Notes: generated by a model from the letters alone, not told the origin. A stretch of DNA of 64,000 nucleotides from a virus (IMGVR_UViG_3300028610_000968), one strand, 5' to 3'. Positions 27,423 through 35,488 are shown, counted from the stretch's first letter. A program made the numbers and translations.

Positions 27423-27490
27423 ACTTTGTTAGAGCCGGTAATGCCCCATCGCAAAGTTGTGGTACTTACCGGCTCTAAGGAGAGCCTAAT
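27420..27490 (+). repeat. structured intergenic repeat R9
   Basis: TAGACTTTGTTAGAGCCGGTAA-loop-TTACCGGCTCTAAGGAGAGCCTAA, a perfect 12-bp stem. Confidence 0.65.
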
Positions 27491-27515
27491 GCTCCAGAAA
27501 GGAGGTGTTGCCTGC

Positions 27516-27698
27516 ATGGGTAGAGAGGTGAAGCGATACGAAATGGAAGTATCTTTAACCATACATATATTTGCTGAGAGTGAAGAGCTAGCTAGGGACA
27601 AAGCTGCTGACTTAGAGTTCCCTAATTATGTGGGAGATACATTCGATATTAATCACGTAGTCGAAAATGAAATTGAAGATGGAGACGACAGAGAATAG
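27516..27698 (+). CDS. hypothetical protein (about 60 aa)
   Basis: RBS AAAGGAGGTGTTGCCTGCATG. The track ORF 27426-27698 begins inside R9. Confidence 0.4.
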   Translation: MGREVKRYEMEVSLTIHIFAESEELARDKAADLEFPNYVGDTFDINHVVENEIEDGDDRE

Positions 27699-27721
27699 AG
27701 TGCTCTTGGCGGCTTTCCGCT

Positions 27722-27778
27722 TGCTTGGTTAAGTGCCTGGTCACGGGGGTTGCTTGCGTTTTACGGTTATGCTATAAT
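27722..27778 (+). promoter_or_regulatory. sigma-A-like promoter P3 (TTGCTT, 17-bp spacer, TGcTATAAT) with a variant of the conserved upstream element (GCTTGGTTAAGTGCCTGGTCACGG)
   Basis: Extended -10 and a -35-like hexamer. The upstream element is similar to P1 and P2. Confidence 0.45.
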
Positions 27779-28006
27779 AAGGGAGCTAAGAAATTAACAG
27801 AATAGTATATAATTTGAGGAGAGAGGCTCTGCGAAGAGCGGCTAGACTAAACACGAGGATTAACGCAGTATGCCACTGCGCCCTCCCTGTGTGGAAGCTA
27901 GACGTTCTACGGAGAGTATTATAATGGTAGTAATCGTAGTCTTTGTACTTATAATGATAGCAGCAGCAGTAAATATCACATTCACTCTCGCCTCAGGTGA
28001 TGCTGA

Positions 28007-28360
28007 GTGAGAATTTTAGTATGCGGTAGCAGATGGTGGACTAGTAGAAGCGCCATTATGCGAGAATTAAGCAAGTTCGATATGAAAACCACCACGATAA
28101 TTGAAGGTGAAGCTCAAGGCGCTGATTTGATTGCTAGAGATGTTGGCAGCAAGTTAGGTTTCGACATAGAGCCTTATCCTGCCAATTGGACTAGGTATCG
28201 CCTGGGAGCTGGCCCAGTTAGAAACTCCAAGATGTTAACACAGGGCTATCCAGATTTAGTGTTAGCTTTTCACGAGAACATTGAGAAGAGCAAAGGCACT
28301 AAGGACATGATAGCCAAAGCCGAGAAAGCTGGAGTTGAAGTGAGGTTGTTTAGTGATTAA
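28007..28360 (+). CDS. SLOG-superfamily (DprA/LOG-like, DUF2493-type) Rossmann-fold protein
   Basis: MRILVCGSR...IIEGEAQGADLIARDVG... matches the small phage SLOG-domain proteins (GSR, G-x-G-x-D). Confidence 0.45.
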   Translation: MRILVCGSRWWTSRSAIMRELSKFDMKTTTIIEGEAQGADLIARDVGSKLGFDIEPYPANWTRYRLGAGPVRNSKMLTQGYPDLVLAFHENIEKSKGTKDMIAKAEKAGVEVRLFSD

Positions 28361-28529
28361 AATACCCAACCCAATTAAAATAACAAGAACTGGACTCACA
28401 CTCACAATAGGTTTTGCTTTTCTCTGTCCTGCGGCGTTTTGTGCCGGTGTCTACTCCATATCTATACTGAGTGGATTAATGTGTGTGTTTATTTTGTACA
28501 TAGAAATTACAATACAATGAGGTTATTCA

Positions 28530-30689
28530 GTGCCTAGCTCTGTGCTATTAGAAAAGTCCTTACTATATCTAGACAGTAAATGTGATGGAGCTGTCGATGA
28601 AGATGGCGTAGGCTTTAATGGCACAGACTCTCGCTTTGGCAAGTCACTAGCTGAACAAATAGGAGAAGGAGACACTCTATCAAATAGACAGCTCATAGCT
28701 GCTTATAGTATGATAGGGAAATATAGACGACAGCTAGAATCCGCAGGGATTGTTGCTTCAGAACTCACCGCAGAGAGACAGATAGCACTAGCAACGATTG
28801 AATTAGAGAAACCTGATACCAAAACCACAGGTACAATAAACCTCTCACGGGATGTTATGTCAGGTAATGACTATATAATAGTAAGATTTGAGTATGACAA
28901 TCTCCTTGTCCAGAAAATGCAGCCTCTGAAGAAGTCTATTGGAGCTTACTTCAGGAAGATAGATGGTGACAAGTTCTGGGTTATAAAAATAGAGTACTAT
29001 GCAACAATTGTTGAAAGGTTCCCAGACTTTGATATATCTCTTGAACTTAGTGATTATGCAAAGGCTCGTGGCCTAGATACAAAACCTATACCTAAAGAGC
29101 TGAAGCTAGTACCAACAGAAGAAATAGAAGATACAAATGCAGTAATACTTGAGCCTAAACCAGCACCAGTGGTGAAAGTTGATACTCACAAGGCTCCAGA
29201 AACCGCTAAATTAGATATGCAACAAATAACAATAGGAGAAGAGGAAGAAGAAGAAGCTAAAAAGCCTGAAGTAATAGCAAAACCTTTCCTCACTATTGGA
29301 GAACCAGCAAAACTAGCTCTTGAACTACGTCCGTTTCAAAACCACGGAGTGTCTTTTGTAGAACAAGTTGATGGTCGAGCTATAATAGCAGACGAGATGG
29401 GGCTTGGTAAGACTCCTCAAGGTATTGCATTTGTAGTTAAGCACGAATTTAGAGCTTTAGTGGTCTGCCCCGCCTCACTCAAAAGAAACTGGGAGCTTGA
29501 AATAAACAAGTTTTCTCCAGACAGTACAACAAATATACTAGATAGCTCAGATACTGACTACTACAAAGACTTCACTATCATCAATTATGACATTCTTGAT
29601 AACCATGTGGAGAATATACAAGGGTTATATGAGTTGGGAGTTGGCTTTGACGTACTTATATTAGATGAAGGACATTATATAAAGAACACAAAGACCAAGA
29701 GAACTCAAGCAGTGTTGGAGCTAGACTGTGTGCCTAGAAAGATAATACTCACTGGCACACCACTATTAAATAGACCAGCAGAGTTATTCCCACTGTTGAG
29801 ATTCATCAATCCTTGGAAATGGGATAATTTTGCTGAGTTCAAAAGGAAATTTTGTTCTGGTGGCATGACTTCATCCGGGTGGGATGGGAATGGTGCTTCC
29901 AATCTACAAGAACTACATGAATTATTACAAGACACTATGATTAGACGTAAGAAATCAGAAGTGTTACCAGAGTTACCAGACAAACAAATAACAGACATTA
30001 TGGTTGAGTTATCGCATGACACTAGGATAACCTACAATAGAATATTCGATAACTATATAGAATTTCTAAGAGAACAAGAACGATATGCTGAAGCCAAAAG
30101 AGCTGGAAATGCAGAGCATTTAGTTAAGATTCAAGCACTAAAACAGCTATGTTCTGCGGATAAACTGAAGTCTGCTAAAGAGTTCATAGACACTGCTTTA
30201 GAGCAGAACGGAGACTCCGGTAAAATACTAGTATTCTCTCAATACAAAGATGTGGTTAAGGACATCTATGAAGAGTACGGTAGCAAAGTTGTTAAAATCA
30301 CTGGCGAGAGTAGTTCATCACAAAGACAAAACGCAGTAGAGGAATTTCAAAATAACGATGAAGTTAAGATTCTTGTTGGTACTATAAAAGCAGCTGGGGT
30401 CGGGTTCACATTAACTCAAGCAGATAAAGTTCTATTCATTGATTTAGCTTGGACTCCCAGTGACCACGACCAAGCCGAGGATAGAGCGCACAGAATCGGT
30501 CAGAAAGAAGCATTAAATGTATACTATCTAATAGCAGATGAAACAATAGACCAGAAAATTAAAGGTATATTGGGTTCAAAAAGAAAGGTTATCAATCAAG
30601 TAATAGATGGCTCAACAGACGAAACTATAACAGACACATCAACTCTCAATGAGCTAACATCACAATTGAAGAGAGAGTATGCAATATGA
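28530..30689 (+). CDS. SNF2-family (Swi2/Snf2, RapA/HepA-like) ATPase/helicase with an N-terminal extension of about 270 aa
   Basis: Walker A ADEMGLGKTPQGIAF, DEGH box at LILDEGHYIKN, helicase-C motifs including QAEDRAHRIGQ. The first 270 aa have no recognisable motif. Confidence 0.8.
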   Translation: MPSSVLLEKSLLYLDSKCDGAVDEDGVGFNGTDSRFGKSLAEQIGEGDTLSNRQLIAAYSMIGKYRRQLESAGIVASELTAERQIALATIELEKPDTKTTGTINLSRDVMSGNDYIIVRFEYDNLLVQKMQPLKKSIGAYFRKIDGDKFWVIKIEYYATIVERFPDFDISLELSDYAKARGLDTKPIPKELKLVPTEEIEDTNAVILEPKPAPVVKVDTHKAPETAKLDMQQITIGEEEEEEAKKPEVIAKPFLTIGEPAKLALELRPFQNHGVSFVEQVDGRAIIADEMGLGKTPQGIAFVVKHEFRALVVCPASLKRNWELEINKFSPDSTTNILDSSDTDYYKDFTIINYDILDNHVENIQGLYELGVGFDVLILDEGHYIKNTKTKRTQAVLELDCVPRKIILTGTPLLNRPAELFPLLRFINPWKWDNFAEFKRKFCSGGMTSSGWDGNGASNLQELHELLQDTMIRRKKSEVLPELPDKQITDIMVELSHDTRITYNRIFDNYIEFLREQERYAEAKRAGNAEHLVKIQALKQLCSADKLKSAKEFIDTALEQNGDSGKILVFSQYKDVVKDIYEEYGSKVVKITGESSSSQRQNAVEEFQNNDEVKILVGTIKAAGVGFTLTQADKVLFIDLAWTPSDHDQAEDRAHRIGQKEALNVYYLIADETIDQKIKGILGSKRKVINQVIDGSTDETITDTSTLNELTSQLKREYAI

Positions 30690-30820
30690 AACTAACCCTT
30701 GTAGATAAATTAATTGTAGCTCTTGCTGTCATTGTAGCGTTTGCTATCTATTATCTTATATTCCTGGTGGTAGGATAATTACCTGTAATCCTCTTATGAG
30801 GTTGACGTAAGGAGTTTATT

Positions 30821-31087
30821 ATGGCGAAAAGAGGCCCACAACCGGGTACTCCACAAGCAAAGCGGGGAGGGGAGACAGTCAAGGAAAAGTACGGCCCTGA
30901 GTTCTATAAAAAGATAGGCAAAAAGGGTGGCGATGCTGTCAAAAAGAAGTATGGTGCTAGTTTCTACGAAGAGATTGGTAAAAAAGGCGGTGAATCTACC
31001 AAAGCAAAGCATGGCCTCGAATTCTATGAGAGAATAGGCAAAAAAGGAGGCCGCAGGAGCACAGAGGAAGGAGATGAAAAAACTTGA
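30821..31087 (+). CDS. GsiB/YciG-like KGG-repeat stress protein (hydrophilin), copy/segment 1
   Basis: Three tandem 20-aa repeats KYGPEFYKKIGKKGG, KYGASFYEEIGKKGG and KHGLEFYERIGKKGG, as in Bacillus GsiB (HDKEFYQEIGQKGGEAT). Confidence 0.6.
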   Translation: MAKRGPQPGTPQAKRGGETVKEKYGPEFYKKIGKKGGDAVKKKYGASFYEEIGKKGGESTKAKHGLEFYERIGKKGGRRSTEEGDEKT

Positions 31088-31107
31088 GTGACAGTGAAAA
31101 AGGTAAA

Positions 31108-31344
31108 ATGACGGTTGGTGCTGCTGGAAGTAAAGGTGGCAAAAGCACCATGAAGAAGTACGGCCCAGGATTCTATGAAGAGATAGGCAAAAAGGGCGGT
31201 ACTGAAACATCTCGAAAGTATGGGCGAGAGTTCTATCAGGAGATTGGCCACAGGGGAGGCCAGAAAGTGAAGAAGCTCATTGAGGCAGGCAAAAAAGCCG
31301 AAGCGGAGGCGGCAGGCAAGGGAACCGAAGAAGAAGAACTATAA
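31108..31344 (+). CDS. GsiB/YciG-like KGG-repeat protein, copy/segment 2
   Basis: Repeats KYGPGFYEEIGKKGG and KYGREFYQEIGHRGG. It is in a different frame from 30821-31087, and the two frames meet at an A6 run (31077-31082). This could be one frameshifted gene or two tandem genes. Confidence 0.5.
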   Translation: MTVGAAGSKGGKSTMKKYGPGFYEEIGKKGGTETSRKYGREFYQEIGHRGGQKVKKLIEAGKKAEAEAAGKGTEEEEL

Positions 31345-31390
31345 GATATTGTCGGGAAACCGACAGTAGAGCCAGGAATGGCTCTACTTT

Positions 31391-31474
31391 GGGCGAGTGG
31401 TGGAACTGGTATACACAACGGACTTAAAATCCGTCGCCTTAACCGGATTGGGGGTTCGAATCCCCCCTTGCCTA
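31391..31474 (+). tRNA. tRNA-Leu(TAA): tRNA-Leu (anticodon TAA), type II with a long variable arm
   Basis: Hand-folded. Acceptor GGGCGAG/CTTGCCT has two G-U pairs. Anticodon stem ACGGA/TCCGT with loop CTTAAAA. Variable arm of 16 nt. T-arm GGGGG-TTCGAAT-CCCCC. Confidence 0.6.
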
Positions 31475-31843
31475 CTGTCTCTGCAAACTGAAGAGCTGAC
31501 GAGCCTGAGAGAGAACTGCGGCTGTTCACCGTGACTCACTAGGGTTGCAGAGACTATGACATTATATTATATTGGAGGTGATAACTTATGCTATTTAACA
31601 GTACTAGTGTACTCTGGGTGTGTGAAGCAAGGACAACAGCAGAACCAAAACCGCACGTTCATCTTGATCGACTGAAGTATGCGGCAGAGTTTGCCCCGTA
31701 GCCGTGGCTGGCAACATGGAGATTAACATTATACCGTTAGATTAACAAAACAACTTACAGGAAATGATTTAAAGGTTTAACGGAGTGCCTGGACTGGTGA
31801 CCGGGTGCTCCCTCAAATCTTTAATGGAAGAGAGGTGATATTT

Positions 31844-32350
31844 ATGATTCAACATGGTATGAAAGTAAGGGACAATTTATCTGGATTTGAAGGAACAGTC
31901 ACAGCTATAAGTGATTGGGCTTTTGGCTGCATCCGCATCAAAGTAGAGCCAAACAGACTTGACGAAAAGGGTGCTCCAATTCAAAATCAAGTCTTTGATG
32001 AACAACGATTGGACATTATTGATGATAAGGGAGCGATTGTACCCGACATTGATGCAGACCCACCAATTGAGATGGGGTGGGAGGTAAAAGATTCCATAAC
32101 TGGGTTCAAAGGAATCGTTGTGTGCAGGACTACACATATCTCAGGTCTAGTCATAGTCCAAGTGGCAGCTGAGAAGATGAAAGAAGGCAAGCCAGTTGAG
32201 GAACAAGCCTTTGAAGAAAGGCGCTTAGTGAAAATCGAGGCCAAGAAAGTCAAGCACAGTAAAGATGCTATCAACAGGGAGAAGGATGCCCCGCAAGGCG
32301 ACCAGGTGGCAGCGGGGAGTAGCGTTCTCAATACGGGGAGTACCGTATAA
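31844..32350 (+). CDS. hypothetical protein with two tandem small beta-domain repeats (about 168 aa)
   Basis: ATG after AGAGAGGTGATATTT. The internal duplication is G-x-K-V-x-D-x-x-S/T-G-F-x-G-x-V at residues about 5-35 and about 80-110. Confidence 0.45.
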   Translation: MIQHGMKVRDNLSGFEGTVTAISDWAFGCIRIKVEPNRLDEKGAPIQNQVFDEQRLDIIDDKGAIVPDIDADPPIEMGWEVKDSITGFKGIVVCRTTHISGLVIVQVAAEKMKEGKPVEEQAFEERRLVKIEAKKVKHSKDAINREKDAPQGDQVAAGSSVLNTGSTV

Positions 32351-32421
32351 AGTTTTAAGGGCTATTGGCTCAACGGACAGAGCGCCGGGTTACGAACCCG
32401 GAGACTACAGGTTCAAATCCT
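32349..32421 (+). tRNA. tRNA-Arg(ACG): tRNA-Arg (anticodon ACG)
   Basis: Clean cloverleaf. Acceptor GGGCTAT/ATAGTCC, D-stem GCTC/GAGC, anticodon stem CCGGG/CCCGG with loop TTACGAA, T-arm ACAGG-TTCAAAT-CCTGT. Confidence 0.75.
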
Positions 32422-32437
32422 GTATAGTCCTCTATGA

Positions 32438-32506
32438 TATACTCTTGGTGTAGTGGATTGCACGGTTATCTCTGGTATGGAGATGATAAGTCTGGGTTCG
32501 ACTCCC
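32438..32506 (+). other. tRNA-like element with a canonical T-arm (CTGGG-TTCGACT-CCCGG) and a 5-bp stem ATCTC/GAGAT, but no resolvable acceptor stem; possible tRNA remnant or structured RNA
   Basis: GGTTCGACTCCC is a textbook T-arm. I could not pair the 5' and 3' ends into a 7-bp acceptor stem, and the candidate anticodon loop TGGTATG lacks U33. Confidence 0.25.
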
Positions 32507-32601
32507 GGAGGGTAAACTATGGATAGAGATAGAATAACATATAAGAAATTTAAACATGAGATGCGTTCTTTTTGGATATTTCTTTCGGTTCTTTTTAGTT
32601 C

Positions 32602-32886
32602 ATGGATTATTATGTGTGCTGTTGGTATGCACTTTGGACTCATCGGGAGGTTGTATTAACTATGGCAAATATTGATGATTTAATAAAAGCTATTGAAAAA
32701 GAATTATCAAGATATGATAGTTTTACTTTTGGCATTGAACGTAATATTCATGGTCGCTGGGCGGCGGAAGCTGATTATTACAATATCAAACAGATAAGAA
32801 CTGGTGAATGGTGTCATAAAGAAACAGAGTGGGTTGGCAGTTATGAAAAAGCTCTATCTAACCTACTTAAAGCTATAAGTAGATAA
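32602..32886 (+). CDS. hypothetical protein (94 aa)
   Basis: ORF track entry. Confidence 0.4.
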   Translation: MDYYVCCWYALWTHREVVLTMANIDDLIKAIEKELSRYDSFTFGIERNIHGRWAAEADYYNIKQIRTGEWCHKETEWVGSYEKALSNLLKAISR

Positions 32887-33062
32887 TTAAGGGAAGTGTA
32901 TAATGAGTGAGCTCGAAGACTTTTTAGTTGGTAAATCAGATGATAAAAAACCTTATAAATTATGTGATTGGCAGTGTGCTGTGCAATGGATTATTATCCT
33001 AGCAGTAATTGGCTACATTGTTGTGAGTTTTGTTATAAATAATCCTTAAAAAGAGGTGAAGT

Positions 33063-33326
33063 ATGTCAGAATATAGATTTATCTCAGACCCAGGACACGG
33101 GTGGCTCGCAGTACCATATCACGAGCTGCTCATGTTGAATATAGTTAATAAAATCTCAGAACATAGCCACAGAGATGGAAACGACATTTATCTTGAAGAA
33201 GATGTAGATGCCTTATGCTTTGTGGATGCTTGGGAACAAGCAAATAAGAAAAAGATTAAACTAATTGAGGTAACTCTATTACAAGAAGCAGATATAAGAA
33301 AAATGAATTCCTTCAAACTGATTTAA
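33063..33326 (+). CDS. hypothetical protein (87 aa)
   Basis: RBS AAAGAGGTGAAGTATG. Confidence 0.45.
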   Translation: MSEYRFISDPGHGWLAVPYHELLMLNIVNKISEHSHRDGNDIYLEEDVDALCFVDAWEQANKKKIKLIEVTLLQEADIRKMNSFKLI

Positions 33327-33335
33327 CAAAGGGGT

Positions 33336-33695
33336 ATGATGAGTAGTATTCATGACAAACTAACAGCAGCAAATATCACAGATAAAGTGCACCTGGGGAC
33401 AGCAAAAATATTAGATTGTATTCGTTGTCTAAAAGGAGAGGAACTCAACTGCGGCGTACCACCTGGAGATTGTGGTGATAATTTACCAGCAGCTCTGTGG
33501 GAAGCTATAAAAAAAGAAACTCAAGACCCCACTATAAACATTAAATGTACTTGTGCCGAGCCAATGATAGAACTTCACAGTGAAGTATCATTTAAGGGCA
33601 AACAGAGAATAACTTTGTCTATTTTTCAATGTGACTCTTGTGGAGATACGAATGAAGTAACGATTATAAGAGAGGAGGAAACGAATGGCGAATGA
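33336..33695 (+). CDS. hypothetical Cys-rich protein (119 aa)
   Basis: CIRC...C, C.C and CDSCG. Confidence 0.45.
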   Translation: MMSSIHDKLTAANITDKVHLGTAKILDCIRCLKGEELNCGVPPGDCGDNLPAALWEAIKKETQDPTINIKCTCAEPMIELHSEVSFKGKQRITLSIFQCDSCGDTNEVTIIREEETNGE

Positions 33696-33960
33696 TGATG
33701 ACGAATCAACTAATAATAGGGTAACTTTTTTGGTGTGGGTAGCAACGGGAGTAGCAATAATTGCTTGTTTTATCGCTTCTCTTGCTGTAGGAAGAACTGC
33801 CGTAATGCAAGGACAAATAGATGCTCTACACAAAGCTGCGCTTGACAACATAGGTAAAGACATCGAACATGTCCAAAGTGATGTAGACATACTAAAGATA
33901 ATAAAGCACTATCATCCGACAACAGGTAAACCAAAACAACCGGCGAAAATCGTACAATAG
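33685..33960 (+). CDS. membrane-anchored protein (91 aa)
   Basis: N-terminal TM helix. RBS GAGGAGGAAACGAATG. Confidence 0.45.
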   Translation: MANDDDESTNNRVTFLVWVATGVAIIACFIASLAVGRTAVMQGQIDALHKAALDNIGKDIEHVQSDVDILKIIKHYHPTTGKPKQPAKIVQ

Positions 33961-34060
33961 AGGAGTGAGGAAGTATGAGGTCTAAAATGGACGCAAAGAA
34001 GATCAAGCCCTGCCGCGTTTGGTTAAATTTTATATTGGATAAACTAACGTCGAGATTTAA

Positions 34061-34252
34061 ATGAAGTCTAAAATGGAGGAAAAGCGTAAAGGTGGTAAAA
34101 TAATATCAGGAGCACTGCTCATGAGTTCTGGTGCAGGTTATACTGCATGTATCTTTATGCTGGGGGTAAGTCCCGCATGGGCTTTTGTAGATGTTATATT
34201 TGCGACAATGGCGTTGTTGGGAGGGATTGCACTATCGCCTAACGTTGACTAA
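34061..34252 (+). CDS. small membrane protein (63 aa)
   Basis: Two TM helices. Confidence 0.35.
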   Translation: MKSKMEEKRKGGKIISGALLMSSGAGYTACIFMLGVSPAWAFVDVIFATMALLGGIALSPNVD

Positions 34253-34258
34253 ATATCG

Positions 34259-34331
34259 GGGTAGGTAACTCAGAGGCCAGAGTAGTGGACTTTTAATCCA
34301 TTCGCCGAGGGTTCGACTCCCTCTCTACCCA
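34259..34331 (+). tRNA. tRNA-Lys(TTT): tRNA-Lys (anticodon TTT)
   Basis: Acceptor GGGTAGG/TCTACCC, D-stem ACTC/GAGT, anticodon stem GTGGA/TCCAT with loop CTTTTAA, T-arm GAGGG-TTCGACT-CCCTC. Confidence 0.75.
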
Positions 34332-34333
34332 CT

Positions 34334-34570
34334 ATGCAAGAAAAAAATATATGTATAGATATAAAATGTGAACACTGTAAGGGAGAAGGCAGAGTTCTCG
34401 TTGACGACGAATGGGATAAATATTGGGAACACTTTGGAGAATTACCACCACCAAGTAATCAGTTATACAAAGGTGGTAGAGTGTGGGAAGAATGTGTAAT
34501 CTGTAGAGGAGAGCGCACAGTGGAAATAAAAGTTGGTATAAAATATGAGATAAGAATAAAGGAGGACTAA
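34334..34570 (+). CDS. DnaJ-type CxxCxGxG zinc-finger protein (78 aa)
   Basis: CEHCKGEGRV and CVICRGERTV. Confidence 0.5.
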   Translation: MQEKNICIDIKCEHCKGEGRVLVDDEWDKYWEHFGELPPPSNQLYKGGRVWEECVICRGERTVEIKVGIKYEIRIKED

Positions 34571-34573
34571 ACA

Positions 34574-34774
34574 ATGGCAGGTAATAAAAAAACAAAAGTC
34601 TACTACTTAAATGGAGACCCAGGTGCAGATTTTAGGGCTGTTAGAGATGATGAAGGCTGTCTAGCAATATTTCTGGATACTGGTGATTCTCTGATAGCAA
34701 GTAATCCATTTTCAAGGAATGAAGCCCTTGGTTTAATTGACTTTTTACAAAATCATCTACCGGAACCAGATTAG
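34574..34774 (+). CDS. hypothetical protein (66 aa)
   Basis: RBS AAGGAGGACTAAACAATG. Confidence 0.4.
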   Translation: MAGNKKTKVYYLNGDPGADFRAVRDDEGCLAIFLDTGDSLIASNPFSRNEALGLIDFLQNHLPEPD

Positions 34775-35047
34775 ATGGGAGCAGCTTGGGTGATATTAAA
34801 TATACTTGATGGTGGTCTAACATACTGGGCTATCACAAGTGGACAGGCTGTGGAGGGTAATCCTGTCTTGAATAGAGCCTGGCAATATGGATGGTTGCCG
34901 TTCTTTGCACTCAAGTTCACATCAGCCGCTATTGTACTTGGTGTGTATCGCTCATACAGAGCACACAGGAAGATAAGATATGCTATGGTTTTTGGTAATA
35001 TATTAATTGGAGCTGTAGTGGTGTATGAGATATTAAACTTAATATGA
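34775..35047 (+). CDS. membrane protein (90 aa)
   Basis: Three TM helices. Confidence 0.4.
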   Translation: MGAAWVILNILDGGLTYWAITSGQAVEGNPVLNRAWQYGWLPFFALKFTSAAIVLGVYRSYRAHRKIRYAMVFGNILIGAVVVYEILNLI

Positions 35048-35059
35048 GAGGAGAAAACA

Positions 35060-35233
35060 ATGACTTTAAGAGATGCTTTGTTTTTACTGTCTGGAACTAA
35101 CTACGGCGTGTCATTAGTTTTAGGAGTATCTGCGCTGAGGTTTGGTTCAGATGGCGTTGATGTGTACATAATTTTATTTAACGTTTTCTTTGGAACACTA
35201 AATCTTCTTGGTGCTTTGGGGAGAACAAGATAA
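35060..35233 (+). CDS. small membrane protein (57 aa), absent from the ORF track
   Basis: RBS GAGAGGAGAAAACAATG. It is the first of a run of tiny hydrophobic ORFs spanning 35.06-36.13 kb. Confidence 0.35.
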   Translation: MTLRDALFLLSGTNYGVSLVLGVSALRFGSDGVDVYIILFNVFFGTLNLLGALGRTR

Positions 35234-35488
35234 CGCTATGGAGTTTTGGTTATTGACAAGTGCAGTTGTGATTCTTATGATATTTATTTTAATCGCAGCG
35301 TGCCTATATATTAGGGAGGTGTAACATGTTTAAGAAAATAGTTCTTACCATAATATTATTACTTGCACTTGAGATGGCTCTTACTGGCGTGATAATTCTT
35401 AGTGCAACAGGTAATCCTTTGGCATTTATAGTGTGCTTTGGGATTGCACTACTTATGACTTATGGAGTAATTACTGCTATATAAAAAT

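Noticed and set aside
20921-27490. CRISPR array or integron attC array interpretation of the nine hairpin repeats
   Set aside because: Spacing is 0.6-1.1 kb and each interval carries ORFs with their own RBS, so this is not a repeat-spacer architecture. No cas genes or integron integrase are present. The attC core sites (RYYYAAC / GTTRRRY) are absent. I kept it as a novel structured-repeat cassette array.
20921-27490. Hairpin repeats as phage late/middle promoters recognised by a phage sigma factor (the TGTTAGAG segment resembles SPO1 late -35 CGTTAGA)
   Set aside because: The position 17-19 bp downstream of the putative -35 falls inside the variable stem or loop, and no conserved -10-like hexamer exists across copies.
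20921-27490. Hairpin repeats as rho-independent terminators
   Set aside because: None is followed by a T-tract. The 3' flank is the conserved purine-rich GGAAAGCCTAA.
31480-31540. Hammerhead ribozyme suggested by the CUGACGAG motif
   Set aside because: No appropriately placed GAAA, stem III or cleavage-site triplet. Only the CUGANGA-like heptamer is present, and that occurs by chance.
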